Origin: Candidatus Omnitrophota bacterium
Lineage (GTDB): Bacteria > Omnitrophota > Gorgyraeia > Gorgyraeales > Gorgyraeaceae
Direction: 5' to 3'
Assembly (NCBI GenBank): GCA_043814965.1
Contig: JBDRJN010000003.1
Span: 1,600-65,599, forward strand
Length of the DNA stretch: 64,000 nt
The position numbers were made by a program, and so were the translations under genes. Under the pieces are notes generated by a model that saw only the letters and a list, made by a program, of their open reading frames with translations, did not search any database and was not told the origin of the DNA. Below, one piece after another: positions 29,537 through 37,994 of the stretch (position 1 is its first letter; each line of letters starts with the position of its first letter).

Positions 29537-31483
29537 TTACCCTTTACCCGTCAATGCCTTCTTCACTGATGGAAATATCTCTATGTCAGTATGCGGCAAA
29601 AAAAGCGACGCGCTATAGTTATTCATAAAAGACGCATTTGTGCTTAGGTCTATATAAGTGGTCTTATTGGCTATAGCATAAGCTTCCTCCATTGCGTCGC
29701 TTGAAAGCAGAGCTAACTTTGCGCCGCTTATAGATGTGTTACCTAAAAACTCGAATATTCCTTCATCCATATCCGGCAAGAGCCCTATATTAATGCTTGA
29801 ACGTATATCAAGGGCAGTCCCCAGCCCTCCTGCTATATAGACATGCTTTATATCGGATCTTTTACAGCCTATTTCTTTTAAGACCGTCTCTATGCCTGTA
29901 AAGATAGCGCCTTTTGAGTTTATGATGTTTTTTATATCATTCTCTGTTATCACTATGTCTTTTTTGACAGCTGAATCTTTTTTATCGCAGAGGACCACTT
30001 CTTTTGAGCCATCTTCGGATATTCTAGTCTTAAGGATAGAATTGTCTTTTATTTTACCTGAGCGGTCTATTACCTTATTTTCAAGGAAAACACTTATTGC
30101 ATCTATCGCCCCAGAACCGCATATACCTTTTGGCAGAGCATCACCGATAGTCTCGAGGACTAATCTTTTATTTTTTATGGACACTTTTTGTATAGCGCCT
30201 TTCATCGCGCGGATACCAGAAGCTAATCCGCCTCCCTCGAAACAAGGCCCTGCAGAAGTAGAGCATGCGACAAAATAATCTTTATTCCCTATAGCGACCT
30301 CTCCATTTGTGCCAAGGTCTATAAATAAAGATGTCTCTTTTAACCTGTTCATCCCGGAGGCAAGTATCCCGCCTACGATATCCCCTCCTACATAACTTCC
30401 TACGCAGGGCAGGCATGCCAGAAGCCCTCTTGGGTTTATTTTTATACCAGCTTCGATAGCGCGTATTACAGGCATAAAACTCACTGCAGGGATATAAGGG
30501 TCTTTACGTATGTACTCGGGGTTTATTTTTAAAAGAAGATGCAGCATGGTAGTGTTTCCAGCTGACATGCAGGCTGTTATATCATTAAGCGTGATCTTGT
30601 GTTCTTCTGTAAGTCCGCCTATCAACACATTTATCGTATCTATTACAGCGTGATGCAGCCTCTCAAGCCCTGCTTCTTCTTTTGCGTATATGATCCTCGA
30701 TATCACGTCCTCGCCAAAATCTACCTGGGGATTATAACTTGCTTTTGCCCCGAGCACTTTTTGGGTCTTTAGGTCAACGAGATAACATACTATTGTAGTC
30801 GTACCTATATCCAATGCTATTCCAAGGTTTTTGTTGGATTTATCGCCTGGTTCTATGAGGACTATCTCTGTAGTGCCGTTCCTATTGCCGAGGGTAACTG
30901 TCACTTCCCAGTCAGATTCCCTAAGAAGCCTCGGGAGTTTTTTGATATTAGCGAGGCCTATCTGCATTATAGATATATTTCTCCCATCTTTTATAGCTCT
31001 GAATACTCTCTCTACATCAGAGATACTGTCATCAAGTGTCGGAGGTTTTAATTTTAGAAATAACTTTGTTGAAAGCGGGCCGTGCTTAAAGATCGTTTTT
31101 TCTTTTTTATAAAGAGCTTCTTCTATCTCTTCAGCAGGCGTATAGAGGCCGGCTAAACGCTTCTTTTTAGCCTCACCTGTGAGCACCTCAAGGTCTCCCA
31201 ACCTTGATTCTTCCGGTATAAGTACCTCTAGATTGGATTCTGGGAATGTCCTACAAGCGAGCACATAGCCTTTGGAGCGCTCTTTCTGGGATATCCTGCC
31301 GCTTTGCTCTGTGGTGTAGTCGCCTTTTTTTATTATGGCCTTGCATCTCCCGCAGACACCATCTCCCCCACAGCTATTATATATATGTATGCCGGATTTA
31401 ATACTAGCTGTTAATAGATCCGTGCCTTTCTGGACCTTGATAGACCTGTTTTCAGGTAGGAATTTTATTATAAATTCTTCCAT
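29537..31483 (-). CDS. RACo-type reductive activator of corrinoid Fe-S protein (2Fe-2S ferredoxin N-domain plus ASKHA ATPase, DUF4445)
   Basis: N-terminal CGGDGVCGRCK 2Fe-2S motif and a C-terminal ASKHA-like region. 648 aa, directly upstream of acsF-acsD-acsE. Confidence 0.7.
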   Translation of the reverse strand: MEEFIIKFLPENRSIKVQKGTDLLTASIKSGIHIYNSCGGDGVCGRCKAIIKKGDYTTEQSGRISQKERSKGYVLACRTFPESNLEVLIPEESRLGDLEVLTGEAKKKRLAGLYTPAEEIEEALYKKEKTIFKHGPLSTKLFLKLKPPTLDDSISDVERVFRAIKDGRNISIMQIGLANIKKLPRLLRESDWEVTVTLGNRNGTTEIVLIEPGDKSNKNLGIALDIGTTTIVCYLVDLKTQKVLGAKASYNPQVDFGEDVISRIIYAKEEAGLERLHHAVIDTINVLIGGLTEEHKITLNDITACMSAGNTTMLHLLLKINPEYIRKDPYIPAVSFMPVIRAIEAGIKINPRGLLACLPCVGSYVGGDIVGGILASGMNRLKETSLFIDLGTNGEVAIGNKDYFVACSTSAGPCFEGGGLASGIRAMKGAIQKVSIKNKRLVLETIGDALPKGICGSGAIDAISVFLENKVIDRSGKIKDNSILKTRISEDGSKEVVLCDKKDSAVKKDIVITENDIKNIINSKGAIFTGIETVLKEIGCKRSDIKHVYIAGGLGTALDIRSSINIGLLPDMDEGIFEFLGNTSISGAKLALLSSDAMEEAYAIANKTTYIDLSTNASFMNNYSASLFLPHTDIEIFPSVKKALTGKG

Positions 31484-31493
31484 AATAGATTAA

Positions 31494-31522
31494 ATTGTAA
31501 CATGTAAGGAAAATCGGGTCAA
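31494..31522 (-). promoter_or_regulatory. Candidate sigma70 promoter for the RACo-acsF-acsD-acsE unit
   Basis: Minus strand reads TTGACC-17nt-TACAAT. The -10 ends about 10 nt from the RACo ATG and there is no SD, so the transcript may be leaderless. Confidence 0.4.
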
Positions 31523-31565
31523 GGGAAATGGTGGGAATGATGCTTTTTTACAATATACGGAATAT

Positions 31566-31601
31566 ACAACGTAGGGGAGCTTTAAAGCTCCCCTACGTTG
31601 T
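31566..31601. repeat. GTAG...TTAA...CTAC palindromic hairpin, copy H1 (36-nt perfect palindrome)
   Basis: acaacGTAGGGGAGCTTTAAAGCTCCCCTACgttgt, downstream of the lipoprotein gene. There is no U-tract. Confidence 0.6.
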
Positions 31602-31627
31602 ATGTCAGATAATATTATAGAATACTA

Positions 31628-31930
31628 TTACTTCTGTTTTACTTTTAACTCTGTTCCGCAATTTGGGCAATACTGTACGCCTGATGAAAAATCTGCTCCG
31701 CAATCAGGGCAGAACTTTGTATCCATCGCATCGCCTACCAATGCTCCTCCAGCTGCGCCAGCTGCTCCTCCTATAAGAGCGCCTTCAGCAGCATGTCCTG
31801 ACTGATGGCCTATTATAGCCCCAGCCCCGGCGCCTATCAAAGTACCTATACCAGCGCCTTTTTGCGTGCCAGTGCAGCCGACTACGAAAGCCAGCAATAA
31901 CAGGATAACTAAAACTGTATATTTTTTCAT
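31628..31930 (-). CDS. Lipoprotein with glycine-zipper region fused to a C-terminal zinc-ribbon (CPDCG...CPNCG)
   Basis: Start reassigned to the second ATG, which is preceded by SD AAGGAGGAG. There is a lipobox AFVVGC, a GxxxG-rich segment and CxxC...CxxC. Confidence 0.6.
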   Translation of the reverse strand: MKKYTVLVILLLLAFVVGCTGTQKGAGIGTLIGAGAGAIIGHQSGHAAEGALIGGAAGAAGGALVGDAMDTKFCPDCGADFSSGVQYCPNCGTELKVKQK

Positions 31931-31957
31931 GTTGCTCCTCCTTTTCAATAATTTCAT

Positions 31958-31985
31958 ATTATAGCATCTATTTTTGTATAATCAA
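31958..31985 (-). promoter_or_regulatory. Candidate sigma70 promoter for the lipoprotein gene
   Basis: Minus strand reads TTGATT-16nt-TATAAT, followed by a strong SD. Confidence 0.4.
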
Positions 31986-32019
31986 GTTTATTTGTGAAGC
32001 CAAAAAAAGAGAGGGCGCG

Positions 32020-32421
32020 TTATTGTTTTTCCAGGGAAAACTTTTTTTGAGGATAATTCACGGTAAGGATGAAATTGTTCAAGAAACTTCTCACACCTAA
32101 AAGCGGGACATAAAGGTTGGGCATAAAGTCTATGAGAGTTTCTTTAATAACAATACCTGATATCTCAATGCGCACAGTATGAGAATATGCTGTGGTTTTC
32201 CCGTTACCGGTATTTATCTCCTTAGCTGTGCCTGCCTGAAGATTATGGCCTAATATAGCAGCATAAGATGCTGGCAAAGCGCATTCATCTGCTCCTGTAT
32301 CGATCAACCCTAATACTTTAACCTTTTTATTAGAATGCGGATTAACTATAGTAACAGGCAGCCATGGCCTTGAAATGTCATCAGAGCTTAGCTTTGTAAA
32401 AGGAATGCTTGAAAGTTCCAT
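32020..32421 (-). CDS. Retropepsin-like (clan AA) aspartic protease
   Basis: VLGLIDTGADECALP contains the D(T/S)GA catalytic motif. 133 aa. Confidence 0.6.
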   Translation of the reverse strand: MELSSIPFTKLSSDDISRPWLPVTIVNPHSNKKVKVLGLIDTGADECALPASYAAILGHNLQAGTAKEINTGNGKTTAYSHTVRIEISGIVIKETLIDFMPNLYVPLLGVRSFLNNFILTVNYPQKKFSLEKQ

Positions 32422-32609
32422 TAATATATCTGGACCATGTCCTTGGTAGGAATAAATAGTATTACAGGATCAGGATATCCTTGTTTTACTGCTTTATCGT
32501 ATACTTCCTTAGGGTCTTTACCTGTAGCTATAACAACGCTATCGCCAAAATCCTTTATCGCTACATAACTGCCATTATATTTGTTTTCTTTTATAAGTAC
32601 TTGTTCCAT
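32421..32609 (-). CDS. Small hypothetical protein translationally coupled to the aspartic protease
   Basis: 62-aa ORF with an SD AGAGAGGT and a 1-nt stop/start overlap (TAATG) with the downstream gene. Confidence 0.4.
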   Translation of the reverse strand: MEQVLIKENKYNGSYVAIKDFGDSVVIATGKDPKEVYDKAVKQGYPDPVILFIPTKDMVQIY

Positions 32610-32658
32610 GCCATACCTCTCTTTTGTGTTGATATAATGTTACCATGCCCTGCCTTGT

Positions 32659-32701
32659 ATAGCAAGGTAAAAAAAGCGGAGCGCGTTATCCTGTTTTCTT
32701 A
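32659..32701 (-). terminator. Rho-independent terminator (minus strand)
   Basis: 12-bp stem CGGgGCGCGTTA / TAACGCGCtCCG with one G.U pair and an 11-nt loop, followed directly by CUUUUUUU. Confidence 0.5.
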
Positions 32702-32752
32702 ACGCGCCCCGATATTTGCTACTCTATTGCCTCCTGCCTACTTATCCACATT

Positions 32753-32778
32753 GTAGGGGACACTTAAGTGCCCCCTAC
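32753..32778. repeat. GTAG...TTAA...CTAC palindromic hairpin, copy H2
   Basis: GTAGGGGACACTTAAGTGCCCCCTAC, 25/26 palindromic. Confidence 0.55.
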
Positions 32779-32962
32779 ATCTCGTTGTTACCCCTGTTTT
32801 ATCCCTCGCCGCATCATGTCATTACCCCTCGTTTCGTAATGTCGTTCAAGGGAAACTCGGGGTTATTTTTTGAGCTTACGCTCAAAAAATAAAAAAACCG
32901 AACCCTTTCAAATAAAAGGCTCTGCCATAAATAAAAATAACTTTCTTGGCAACCCGGCTGTC

Positions 32963-32988
32963 CTGATCAATTGTAGCAGACACTTAAG
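32963..32988. repeat. GTAG...TTAA...CTAC palindromic hairpin, copy H3 (compensatory stem variant)
   Basis: GTAGCAGACACTTAAGTGTCTGCTAC is a perfect palindrome. The inner stem GGGA/TCCC of other copies is replaced by CAGA/TCTG. Confidence 0.55.
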
Positions 32989-33224
32989 TGTCTGCTACCT
33001 CATAATTGAGGACCCGTGGCTTTGCGTCCTGTGATTGCTCACAGTTTGCCCTTTTACTGAAAGTAAAAGTATAATTCAATATTCAGTTGTCATGTTGGAA
33101 AATTTAGTTTGCCTCCTTATTATTAAGTACTTCTGATCCTAATATAAATATACCATAGGTTTATGAGGATTCAATAGCAATTGGGTAAAAATCTTAGGTA
33201 TTTTTAGAAATTTCAGGTATTTTA

Positions 33225-33309
33225 GCCAAGAAAACGGTTACTAAAGGGAAAACCGTATCAGATCCCGCATCTTAATAGTAAAAATAACTACTTCTATAGA
33301 TGCGGGATC
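33225..33309 (-). terminator. Two hairpins immediately downstream of lepB (candidate lepB terminator region)
   Basis: A 12-bp perfect stem GATCCCGCATCT...AGATGCGGGATC (33261-33309) begins 4 nt after the lepB stop. A second hairpin ACGGTT...AACCGT (33234-33256) is followed on the minus strand by UUUUCUU. On the plus strand the first hairpin is followed by TTATTTATTTTAT, so it could act bidirectionally. Confidence 0.4.
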
Positions 33310-33313
33310 TTAT

Positions 33314-33880
33314 TTATTTTATAAGGCGGATCCTTGAGATCGGCCAGTAGATCAGAAATGCCTTTCCTAACAGGTATTTTTGAGGCATAAAACCCCAGTA
33401 TCTACTGTCTCTACTTGATATACTATTGTCTCCGAGCATGTAGTATGCGTCGCCTGGTATCTCAAGGTCCTTGCCTTCTTCTGCAAAATCCCCTCTATTG
33501 TAGTAGTATATCTCATTTATTATCGAACCTTTTTCAACTGCCCTGTCATTTATGAGTATTGTGCCATTTGATATCTTTAGATTTTCACCTGGAAGGCCAA
33601 CGACCCTTTTTATAAAATCTTTTTTCTTGTCCTCCGGAGAGATAAATACTGCGACATCTCCTCTTTCTGGATTTTTAAATTTGTAGATAAACTTATTGAC
33701 CAATATCCTATCACCCTCTATTAAGGTCGGCCTCATAGAGCCTGTAGGTATCTTAAAAGCCTGGACAACAAAGGTCCTTATAATGAGAGCGAGGAGCACT
33801 GCTATGATTATTGGTTCTATCCATTCTTTCATCAAGTATCGCATTTTTTCATTTTTATACAGTAAACTCTTAATATTCAT
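33314..33880 (-). CDS. lepB: Signal peptidase I
   Basis: GDNSISSRDSRYWGFMPQ box E region and an N-terminal TM helix. 188 aa. Confidence 0.85.
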   Translation of the reverse strand: MNIKSLLYKNEKMRYLMKEWIEPIIIAVLLALIIRTFVVQAFKIPTGSMRPTLIEGDRILVNKFIYKFKNPERGDVAVFISPEDKKKDFIKRVVGLPGENLKISNGTILINDRAVEKGSIINEIYYYNRGDFAEEGKDLEIPGDAYYMLGDNSISSRDSRYWGFMPQKYLLGKAFLIYWPISRIRLIK

Positions 33881-33891
33881 AGTTACCTTTC

Positions 33892-35685
33892 TTATATCTT
33901 TAGAGCTGCTAAAAATGCTTCCTGGGGGATCTGGACCTTACCAAACTGCTTGAGGCGTTTTTTTCCTTGTTTTTGTTTTTCCCAAAGCTTTCTTTTACGT
34001 GTTATGTCTCCGCCGTAGCATTTGCTGGTGACGTCTTTGCCTAGGGGTTTTACTCTTGAGCGCGCTAATATCTTGCTTCCTATAGCAGCCTGTATTATTA
34101 CTTCAAATAACTGCCTTGGGATAAGCTCTTTTAGTTTTTCTGCCAGAGCCCTGCCCTTGAAATCCGCCTTATCTCTATGCGCTATGGAAGAAAGAGCTTC
34201 ACATATCTGTCCATTTATCAATATGTCCAGCTTTATGAGGTCGCTTGTCCTGTAGCCTATGACTTCATAATCTAAAGACCCATACCCACGCGTCATTGAT
34301 TTTATCTTGTCATAAAAATCTACTATTATCTCAGATAAAGGCATCTCAAAGACAAGTTTTATTTTGTCCAAAGACAAGTATTCTGTTGACTGGTATTCTC
34401 CTCTTTTTGACTTACACAGCTCTATGACCATGCTTAAGCTATCTTGAGGTATCATGATATATGTTACTACATAGGGCTCTTTGATCTCTAATATGTTTTG
34501 AGGGTCAGGGATCTTATTTGGATTGTCCACTTCAAATTCCTTGCCTTTTTTATCAGTGACTCTATAGACTACGCTGGGTGTAGTGAGGACAAGGTCAAGG
34601 TCGTATTCTCTCTCAAGCCTTTCCTGCACTATTTCCATATGCAGAAGCCCTAAAAATCCGCACCTATAGCCGAATCCCAGAGATTGAGAGCTTTCTATTT
34701 CATATATGAATGAAGCATCGCTTAACTTAAACTTAGCTACAGCTGCTTTTAGTTCATCAAAATCACCCGCGTTTACTGGATAGATACCGCAAAATACCAT
34801 TGGTTTTATCTGCTTGTAGCCCGGAAGGGGCTTACTGGCAGGGTTTTTTGCGCTAGTTATAGTGTCTCCATCAGTGACGTCTTTGGCTTCTTTGAGCTGA
34901 CATGTGATATAACCTACCTCTCCTGAAGAAAGTTCTTCGATAGGCTCCATTGTAGGCTTAAAAATACCCACTTCCTGAATCTCATATTTTTTTGAAGAAA
35001 ACATCATCTGTATATGCATACCTTTCCTGAGGACGCCATTTACTACCCTTATATAGACTATCACCCCTCTATAGCTATCGTACATAGAATCAAAGATAAG
35101 CGCTTGCAAGGGGTCTTGAATGTTTCCTGTCGGAGGCGGTACATCCTTTACTATCCTTTCCAATATGTCTTCAGTGCCAATACCTTCTTTGGCGCTGGCA
35201 AGGATTATATGTTCGTCCTCTATTTTTAATATGCTTTTGACTTCTTCCAGGACCCTTTCAGGTTCGGCGTTTTGCAGGTCGATCTTGTTTAAGACAGGGA
35301 TTATTACAAGATTCTTTTCCTGCGCCTGCTGTAGGTTTGCCACGGTCTGAGCTTCTACGCCCTGCGCAGCGTCTACTAGGAGTATCGCGCCTTCGCATGC
35401 AGAAAGAGATTTTGCTACTTCATAACTAAAATCAACGTGTCCGGGTGTGTCTATGAGGTTGAGTTCATAAGTAACCCCGTCTTTTGCCTTGTAAGACAAT
35501 CTTACTGCGCTCGCCTTTATGGTGATCCCGCGTTCTCTCTCGAGGTCCATGTCATCCAGCATCTGGGCCCTGAACTGCCTATCATTTACAGTATGAGTAA
35601 ACTGAATGAGCCTGTCAGCCAGGGTAGACTTGCCATGGTCTATGTGAGCGATTATGCAAAAGTTTCTGATCTTGCTGTTTTCCAT
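33892..35685 (-). CDS. lepA: Elongation factor 4 (LepA)
   Basis: NFCIIAHIDHGKSTLADRL G-domain and the LepA-specific C-terminus. 597 aa. Confidence 0.9.
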   Translation of the reverse strand: MENSKIRNFCIIAHIDHGKSTLADRLIQFTHTVNDRQFRAQMLDDMDLERERGITIKASAVRLSYKAKDGVTYELNLIDTPGHVDFSYEVAKSLSACEGAILLVDAAQGVEAQTVANLQQAQEKNLVIIPVLNKIDLQNAEPERVLEEVKSILKIEDEHIILASAKEGIGTEDILERIVKDVPPPTGNIQDPLQALIFDSMYDSYRGVIVYIRVVNGVLRKGMHIQMMFSSKKYEIQEVGIFKPTMEPIEELSSGEVGYITCQLKEAKDVTDGDTITSAKNPASKPLPGYKQIKPMVFCGIYPVNAGDFDELKAAVAKFKLSDASFIYEIESSQSLGFGYRCGFLGLLHMEIVQERLEREYDLDLVLTTPSVVYRVTDKKGKEFEVDNPNKIPDPQNILEIKEPYVVTYIMIPQDSLSMVIELCKSKRGEYQSTEYLSLDKIKLVFEMPLSEIIVDFYDKIKSMTRGYGSLDYEVIGYRTSDLIKLDILINGQICEALSSIAHRDKADFKGRALAEKLKELIPRQLFEVIIQAAIGSKILARSRVKPLGKDVTSKCYGGDITRKRKLWEKQKQGKKRLKQFGKVQIPQEAFLAALKI

Positions 35686-35690
35686 ATTTA

Positions 35691-37091
35691 TTATGCGTTC
35701 AACGCGAACTTTTTTCCGAATTCAAGATATGATGCCACTAGCTCGTCCGAAGAAGCCTCAGCATATATCCTTAAGATCGGTTCTGTGCCGGAAAGCCTCA
35801 ATACAAGCCAACTGTCATCCTCGAGTATAAACTTATATCCGTCGTAGGACTTGACCTCTTTTACGGTTTTTCCCAACATCTCCTTGGGAGGGCTTTCTTT
35901 TAGGACCTTCATCAACTTCTTTTTCTTGTCATCAGAATATTCCATGTCTATCCTGTCGTAGCAGAACTTTCCATATTCTTTTTCAACATCTTCTATGATA
36001 TCAAGGAGTTTCTTTTTTCTATGGGCCATCATCTCTATAAGAAGTATGCCTAGCAGTATACCGTCTCTTTCGGGAATATACCCTTTGACGCCTATACCTC
36101 CTGATTCTTCGCCTCCCATCAATACATCTTCCTCCAGCATTATCTTACAGACATACTTGAACCCAACAGGGGTTTCGTGGAGTTTTATATTGTATTTTTT
36201 TGTAATAAGTTCTATCAAGGTAGTGTTTGTAAGTGTCTTTACCACTGAACCTGTCCATTTTTTATCCTCTATAAAATGCAGCAAGAGCAGCGACATGATC
36301 TTTCCAGCTCCAAAAAACTCTCCCTTGGGTGTCACAGCGCAGATCCTATCCGCATCACCGTCATTTACTATAGCCAGGTCATACCCGCCTTTTTTCATCT
36401 TCTCGCAGGTCTCTTTGATGTACATCGGTATTGGTTCTGGACTGCCTCCTCCAAAAAGAGGGTCTCTGTTGCTTCTAAATTGCGTTATTTTCAAGCTAGT
36501 ATCTTTCAGTATCTCTTTTATGTAGCCATCTCCTACGCCATGCATGCAGTCTACTAATATATTGAAGTCAGCTTTTTTAAGAGAGACTTTGTCTATATAC
36601 GAATCTATGAATCTCATATAATCAGGCTTGAGGTCTACCATCTCTACCAGGCCCTTTTTAATAGCTTCTTCTATGGGCATGATCTTGACGCTGTTTTTTC
36701 CTAATAGGTCCTCTACGCCTTTAGTGATGCTTTCATCCGCAGTAGAGGCATAGTGGGCTTTTATTTTTATGCCATTGTAACTTGGTGGATTGTGACTTGC
36801 TGTCACAGCTACCCCACCTGATAATTTTTTATTTTTTATAGCTAAACTTACAAATGGCGTAGGCGTAGCTTTGTCGGACAAAAATACCTTTATGCCGTTA
36901 GCAGCCAGGACACCAGCTACTAATTCAGCGTATTTTTCAGATAAGAATCTCCTGTCATAACCTACTGCAAGAGCTGAGCCGTCTTTTTTGTAGTAATCCG
37001 CTATTGCCTGTGAGACTATCTTTACGTTATCAAAAGTAAACTCCTCCGATATTATCGCTCTCCAACCATCTGTTCCGAATTTTATAGACAT
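35691..37091 (-). CDS. Phosphoglucomutase/phosphomannomutase family (alpha-D-phosphohexomutase)
   Basis: FGTDGWRA N-terminus and active-site TASHNPPSYNGIKI. 466 aa. Confidence 0.8.
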   Translation of the reverse strand: MSIKFGTDGWRAIISEEFTFDNVKIVSQAIADYYKKDGSALAVGYDRRFLSEKYAELVAGVLAANGIKVFLSDKATPTPFVSLAIKNKKLSGGVAVTASHNPPSYNGIKIKAHYASTADESITKGVEDLLGKNSVKIMPIEEAIKKGLVEMVDLKPDYMRFIDSYIDKVSLKKADFNILVDCMHGVGDGYIKEILKDTSLKITQFRSNRDPLFGGGSPEPIPMYIKETCEKMKKGGYDLAIVNDGDADRICAVTPKGEFFGAGKIMSLLLLHFIEDKKWTGSVVKTLTNTTLIELITKKYNIKLHETPVGFKYVCKIMLEEDVLMGGEESGGIGVKGYIPERDGILLGILLIEMMAHRKKKLLDIIEDVEKEYGKFCYDRIDMEYSDDKKKKLMKVLKESPPKEMLGKTVKEVKSYDGYKFILEDDSWLVLRLSGTEPILRIYAEASSDELVASYLEFGKKFALNA

Positions 37092-37099
37092 TCTTAAAC

Positions 37100-37254
37100 C
37101 CCCTCTTAGAAAATATTAAATATTAAAAATTAAATATCAAAATTACAAATTAAAATGTAAATATTTTTTGGTTATAAGTCTTTGTTTTTAAATTTTGAAT
37201 TTTAATATGTAATTTTAATTTTTGCATTTTGATTTTTGATATTACAATGTTATG
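37100..37254. repeat. AT-rich imperfect palindrome containing the shared 20-mer AAATATTAAATATTAAAAAT (element A)
   Basis: The 20-mer at 37110-37129 is identical to 60554-60573. The right half (TTTTGCATTTTGATTTTTGATATT) is roughly the reverse complement of the left half. It lies directly upstream of the pgm SD AGAGGGGG. Confidence 0.5.
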
Positions 37255-37983
<729 letters not shown>

Positions 37984-37994
37984 AAAAACTCCCT

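Noticed and set aside
32640-33313. RNase P RNA, tmRNA, SRP RNA or 6S RNA in the long noncoding region
   Set aside because: Partial resemblance (GGGAAACUCGGGG..., CAACCCGGCU) to RNase P P4-region motifs is too weak. No tRNA-like 3' end or tag ORF exists for tmRNA, and there is no SRP domain-IV motif. I cannot assign it to a known family from sequence alone, so it is kept only as a candidate-ncRNA finding.
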